DNA from: a virus
Lineage: Duplodnaviria; Caudoviricetes
Reading direction: 5' to 3' (one strand)
DNA: 48,623 nt
IMG/VR virus record: IMGVR_UViG_3300034171_000074
Span: 1-48,623 of that record
This document shows, one piece after another, positions 45,272 to 48,623 of this stretch (position 1 is its first letter; every line of letters starts with the position of its first letter). The notes below the pieces were generated by a model, which saw only the letters and a program-made list of their open reading frames with translations, ran no database searches and had not been told where the DNA came from. The translations under genes and the position numbers were made by a program.

Positions 45272-45892
45272 TTACTTCCAATCTTTATTATCGATTTGAG
45301 CAGCAACTTGATCAATTGTGATCTGCTTTACTGGTTTGTTGGGTATCCAATCATTAGGAACATTGTTTCCATTGATAGGGTCAACAGGTTTGCCATGCAG
45401 TTTACGATGGGCCAAATAATACCAGCGTGCACCAGTTCCAATACGAAGCATACGATCCAGCCACTCAAGGTTTAGCTCGTGCAAAGGACAATGCCCGATC
45501 ATGACAGCACGGTGCCCTCTAACCAATGACTGAGACACTCTGACAGCAACGTACACGTTTTCTCTACGGTGGTAGATACTTATGCGAAGACCGATGACAC
45601 CGGTATCCAACGCTTTACGAGGACCGTGAAACCCTGGCTCTCTAAAAGTGTGCTTGGGTCTACGTTCCTGTAAATTGATCCAGGCTTCCCGCAGACTCCG
45701 GGTGTATTGCTGCTTGTTGTTGACAGTGACCCGCCACGAGCCGTTGACGTGAGAGATTCCCCAAGGGAGATACAATACACAGCCGTTAACAACAGTTTTA
45801 CGACGAAAATGATTAGGTTCAGTGAAGTCTGGGGTCATTTCACTCATGGTGGTATTGCCACAGTACAGCGTTGCATTTAGCGTGTACAGCAC
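45272..45892 (-). CDS. Basic hypothetical protein, possibly nucleic-acid binding (likely start near 45847)
   Basis: Long, Arg/Trp-rich ORF in the operon direction. Confidence 0.6.
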   Translation of the reverse strand: MLYTLNATLYCGNTTMSEMTPDFTEPNHFRRKTVVNGCVLYLPWGISHVNGSWRVTVNNKQQYTRSLREAWINLQERRPKHTFREPGFHGPRKALDTGVIGLRISIYHRRENVYVAVRVSQSLVRGHRAVMIGHCPLHELNLEWLDRMLRIGTGARWYYLAHRKLHGKPVDPINGNNVPNDWIPNKPVKQITIDQVAAQIDNKDWK

Positions 45893-46121
45893 CGATGGTC
45901 AGTCCAGTTTCATGACTGTGGTGAAGATGCACAGGGTTGTTAAAGAAACCTCTTGGAAACAGGTTATGGTTTATTTTCTTATTAGCAATTTTAGGGCTTG
46001 CTCCACCTTTGAGAGTAAATCCACAGTGACAGCATTTTTCTTTCTGTTCTTCTGCGTACTGCAATCGTGCTTTTTTACGAATTGAGTGATGTGCTTTGGC
46101 GTATTCGATTGGAAGTTGCAT
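45840..46121 (-). CDS. Endonuclease VII-like His-Me nuclease
   Basis: EQKEKCCHCG...LHHSHETGLTIGAVHAKCNAVL. Confidence 0.7.
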   Translation of the reverse strand: MQLPIEYAKAHHSIRKKARLQYAEEQKEKCCHCGFTLKGGASPKIANKKINHNLFPRGFFNNPVHLHHSHETGLTIGAVHAKCNAVLWQYHHE

Positions 46122-46131
46122 AAGCTAACTC

Positions 46132-46272
46132 TCAGTCAGGAAGTTTTTTTTTGTTAAAGCCAATGGCTCCACACACGTAACCCATGAAGGCATAGGCTAC
46201 GAGGTCTGTTAAACCTTGCGATTCCATCAACATACCCAGGGTCATGAACAGCACAAAGGAAATGAAGATCAT
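46132..46272 (-). CDS. Small two-helix membrane protein (46 aa; below the ORF-track cutoff)
   Basis: Translated by hand: MIFISFVLFMTLGMLMESQGLTDLVAYAFMGYVCGAIGFNKKKLPD; fills the gap between two genes; AGGTG RBS. Confidence 0.65.
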   Translation of the reverse strand: MIFISFVLFMTLGMLMESQGLTDLVAYAFMGYVCGAIGFNKKKLPD

Positions 46273-46274
46273 GA

Positions 46275-46568
46275 TTATTCACCTTTTACTTTTGCAATAA
46301 GAAACTTTGTTTCAAGGTAAGCTTTGCTTCCCATATAATTTTGATCTTCTTCAATGAGGTAGCTATGAAGCTCAACTACTTTTGTATAAAGATCTGGAGC
46401 GGCTGCGATTAAGTTGGAAACAAAGCTGTTCCCCTCCACGTATAGCGCAGCTAGCATGATATTTCCGGAACACACCTCATACTCCAAAACACCGTGATCC
46501 GTGTTTATAACTTCAAAGGGGCTTTTACGAACAGACCACGGCCCTCCGCACCAACTTGTGTCACTCAT
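46275..46568 (-). CDS. Hypothetical early protein (GPW...LIAAAPDL family)
   Basis: GPW and NLIAAAPDL motifs are common in phage early ORFs. Confidence 0.7.
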   Translation of the reverse strand: MSDTSWCGGPWSVRKSPFEVINTDHGVLEYEVCSGNIMLAALYVEGNSFVSNLIAAAPDLYTKVVELHSYLIEEDQNYMGSKAYLETKFLIAKVKGE

Positions 46569-46768
46569 TCAATATCCTCACGAATGGGTTCAGGGAAGTC
46601 TGCGTACCAGATACCTACAGCGTTTCCATTCAGGTCATAGATATTTCCTGATTCTTCACCGGTATCAATTTTAGCGGCTACTAGCCGTAGGATTCTAGCT
46701 GTCTCCATTGAAGGTGACCCAGCAAATGCCGCATTGTCCATGTTCATTATATTCAGTTCAAAAGACAT
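46565..46768 (-). CDS. Hypothetical protein
   Basis: AGGAG RBS; DNAAF...E.ARIL...D.NGN.VG.W conserved small phage protein pattern. Confidence 0.7.
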   Translation of the reverse strand: MSFELNIMNMDNAAFAGSPSMETARILRLVAAKIDTGEESGNIYDLNGNAVGIWYADFPEPIREDIE

Positions 46769-46790
46769 GCTCGTTGCTCCTTATAAAGTA

Positions 46791-47024
46791 TTAAACAGTT
46801 CGTGTAATTCTTACACCGTCTGGTTCTTGTTTTGCTGTGAACTTCTTACCTACTTTTGCACCATATTTTGCTGCAGCTGCTCGAATCCTGCTTGATACAG
46901 TAGATTTAACACCTGGATCAAACATCGATTGGCCAATAGCCATACCAGAGAAGTCATACTTTCTAGGGTTTTCTTGAACACTGATTTTTTTCATCAGAAC
47001 CGTACCTGAAAACTCAAGCATCAT
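46791..47024 (-). CDS. Small basic, putative DNA-binding protein
   Basis: KYDFSGMAIGQS...KF....DGVRI.R pattern; GGGAG RBS. Confidence 0.65.
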   Translation of the reverse strand: MMLEFSGTVLMKKISVQENPRKYDFSGMAIGQSMFDPGVKSTVSSRIRAAAAKYGAKVGKKFTAKQEPDGVRITRTV

Positions 47025-47026
47025 TA

Positions 47027-47518
47027 TTACTCCCTGTCGGCATCATCTGTGGCTTGTCGAAAATCTTTAATTTCTTGCTTATCAGCTGCTGTGCGAAAAT
47101 CCTTAACCTGTCCCTTACAGTGCTGAACAGCCATTTTAATTCCAGCTATTTCACCTTCAGAAAGATCAAAAGAAGAACGAAGCAAATGAATGTCGCGCAT
47201 ACATTGTTCCATAACGTCAGCCTTCTTCTGCATAAGCCATGCAGACGACGAGTTGTTAGCCAAGGCGCTACCCATACGGCACAGTGAACCGTAGTTTTCT
47301 TCTGTGTTAGCGTCCGCTTGGATAATGTCAGTGGCGTCTTGCAAGGCCGTCACAAGCTCAGCCACTCGCGCCCGAAGCCTTTCAATTTCTGCTTTTGCAT
47401 CCACAAAAACAGAATAGGGATTGTCTTCAATTTGTGGGAAGTAGTCTGCTGCATGTTGCAATCTGTCGGTAATTTTGTCGGTAATATCGATCATCATTCC
47501 TGCTCCTGCTTTACCCAT
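47027..47518 (-). CDS. Ead/Ea22-like modular early protein
   Basis: DITDRL...AKAEIERLRARVAEL coiled-coil linker. Confidence 0.55.
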   Translation of the reverse strand: MGKAGAGMMIDITDKITDRLQHAADYFPQIEDNPYSVFVDAKAEIERLRARVAELVTALQDATDIIQADANTEENYGSLCRMGSALANNSSSAWLMQKKADVMEQCMRDIHLLRSSFDLSEGEIAGIKMAVQHCKGQVKDFRTAADKQEIKDFRQATDDADRE

Positions 47519-47805
47519 AGATCACGGACTTTGTAACCAGCATCAATAGTGTTGATTTTATGGTCTTTAGCCCATCCTCCGGTGTGCCATTCACCATCTT
47601 GGTAAAATTGCCACACTCCTGAAGGAACCATGTTTTTAGATTCAAGTTCAGCTACTTGTGCTTTTAAAGAATCACGCTCGTGACGATACAGACTGGAAAT
47701 TTGAGCTTCTAATTCCATTAATCGATTAAGCCTTTTAATTTCTTTTTCAAGAGGCTCAATGTCGCACTCAGCGCACGGGAGAACATTGCCGTGTTCACAT
47801 AGCAT
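47494..47805 (-). CDS. Hypothetical modular early protein
   Basis: CEHG..CAEC N-terminus, coiled coil LKAQVAELE, aromatic C-terminal module. Confidence 0.6.
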   Translation of the reverse strand: MLCEHGNVLPCAECDIEPLEKEIKRLNRLMELEAQISSLYRHERDSLKAQVAELESKNMVPSGVWQFYQDGEWHTGGWAKDHKINTIDAGYKVRDLWVKQEQE

Positions 47806-48274
47806 TACTTTTACCCCCCCCCCTTTTTTTTTTCAAAAGTCTAACAATTGCATCCAAAGTGTCAGAAACCACAACCGTACTTTTCAATTTCACTAAACCC
47901 TGCAATCCACGTACACGCTGAACCTCTGAAAAAACCTTGTGTCCATCATATAAAATTTCTGGAATTTGTGATTCGGCTGCAGCTAGTCTCGATGTTAAAC
48001 TCTGCTTTTCCAACAAATCATCTGAACACTTAACTCCTGCCCAGTTACGTAAAAAGTTAAGTTCTTCTTGAAGCTTATCAATATGAATGTCACGATGCGC
48101 CAACTCGGCGGCAATGTCTGATTTTGAGCGCAAGTCCTCTTCTGTCATTGCGTGAACATGTTCTGAGTAAAAGTTTCCCTGCTCAATAATGTCGCGTTCT
48201 GCGTATAGCTTTTTCATGATTCTTGCTCCTACTGTAACAATTTCTCTATGCGGTTTTGGTACTCGGTTTGGCAA
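47795..48274 (-). CDS. Hypothetical early protein (likely start MKKLYAERD)
   Basis: YAERD...HVHAMT.E.L.SKSDIAAELAHRD motif seen in phage ORFs; the 3' end runs through an A10G10 tract. Confidence 0.65.
   Translation of the reverse strand: MPNRVPKPHREIVTVGARIMKKLYAERDIIEQGNFYSEHVHAMTEEDLRSKSDIAAELAHRDIHIDKLQEELNFLRNWAGVKCSDDLLEKQSLTSRLAAAESQIPEILYDGHKVFSEVQRVRGLQGLVKLKSTVVVSDTLDAIVRLLKKKRGGGKSNAM
47814..47833. repeat. Adjacent homopolymers C10-T10 (A10G10 on the coding strand)
   Basis: Counted directly: C at 47814-47823, T at 47824-47833. Confidence 0.95.
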
Positions 48275-48618
48275 GCTTTTTTGGCTTCTTCAACGTTAGA
48301 GTAAGCATTTAAAAATCCACCCCAGGGTGTATCATCTACTGTTGGACAGGAATCTTCTTTCCAACCCTTCCAGGTAATCTGAAATTGACCAAACGGAGTT
48401 TCTCCAATAACATGGTCATACTGGATTTCATCATTTGACTGCTTGTGATTTGACCATTTGATATGAGCTACCGGCACCACGGCGCTGGCCTTAAGTTCAG
48501 CCACTCGCGCCTGGAGCCTGTCAATTTCTTCATACGGATCGCAGAATTTTCCCGACACAACATCCTGGATTGTTTTCCACGTGTGCTCATAATTTAGCCA
48601 GTCTTTCTCTACCACCAC
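48229..48618 (-). CDS. Ead/Ea22-like modular early protein (may start beyond the window edge)
   Basis: EEIDRLQARVAEL linker; C-terminal ...VEEAKKACQ.EY..RI motif. Confidence 0.6.
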   Translation of the reverse strand: MVVEKDWLNYEHTWKTIQDVVSGKFCDPYEEIDRLQARVAELKASAVVPVAHIKWSNHKQSNDEIQYDHVIGETPFGQFQITWKGWKEDSCPTVDDTPWGGFLNAYSNVEEAKKACQTEYQNRIEKLLQ

Positions 48619-48623
48619 ACAGT

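Overview
This 48.6-kb window is part of an N4-like (Schitoviridae-related) podophage genome with two convergent gene blocks. The + strand (1-30237) is the virion block in N4 gene order: a repeat-rich fibre, portal, gp58/gp57-like proteins, major capsid, gp55-like, an inserted 5.7-kb appendage cassette, gp54-like, gp53/52/51-like ejection proteins and a virion RNA polymerase. The - strand (30243-48618) carries replication and early genes: SSB, Sak4-like ATPase, PD-(D/E)XK nuclease, a family-A DNA polymerase in two ORFs separated by an HNH/AP2 homing endonuclease, primase, a MoxR ATPase-vWA pair, a UvrD-like helicase and many small ORFs. Two features stand out. (1) An acyl carrier protein, a minimal ketosynthase and a putative GNAT-like acyltransferase form a translationally coupled cassette inside the tail/ejection operon, suggesting phage-encoded acylation of virion proteins. 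(2) The virion RNAP is split into 987-aa and 2068-aa genes at the N4 mini-vRNAP boundary, and each half has exactly one cysteine, at the junction, suggesting a redox-cleavable disulfide link. No terminase, lysis genes, integrase, tRNA or CRISPR array were seen in the window. All family assignments come from motif recognition and synteny; no database search was run.
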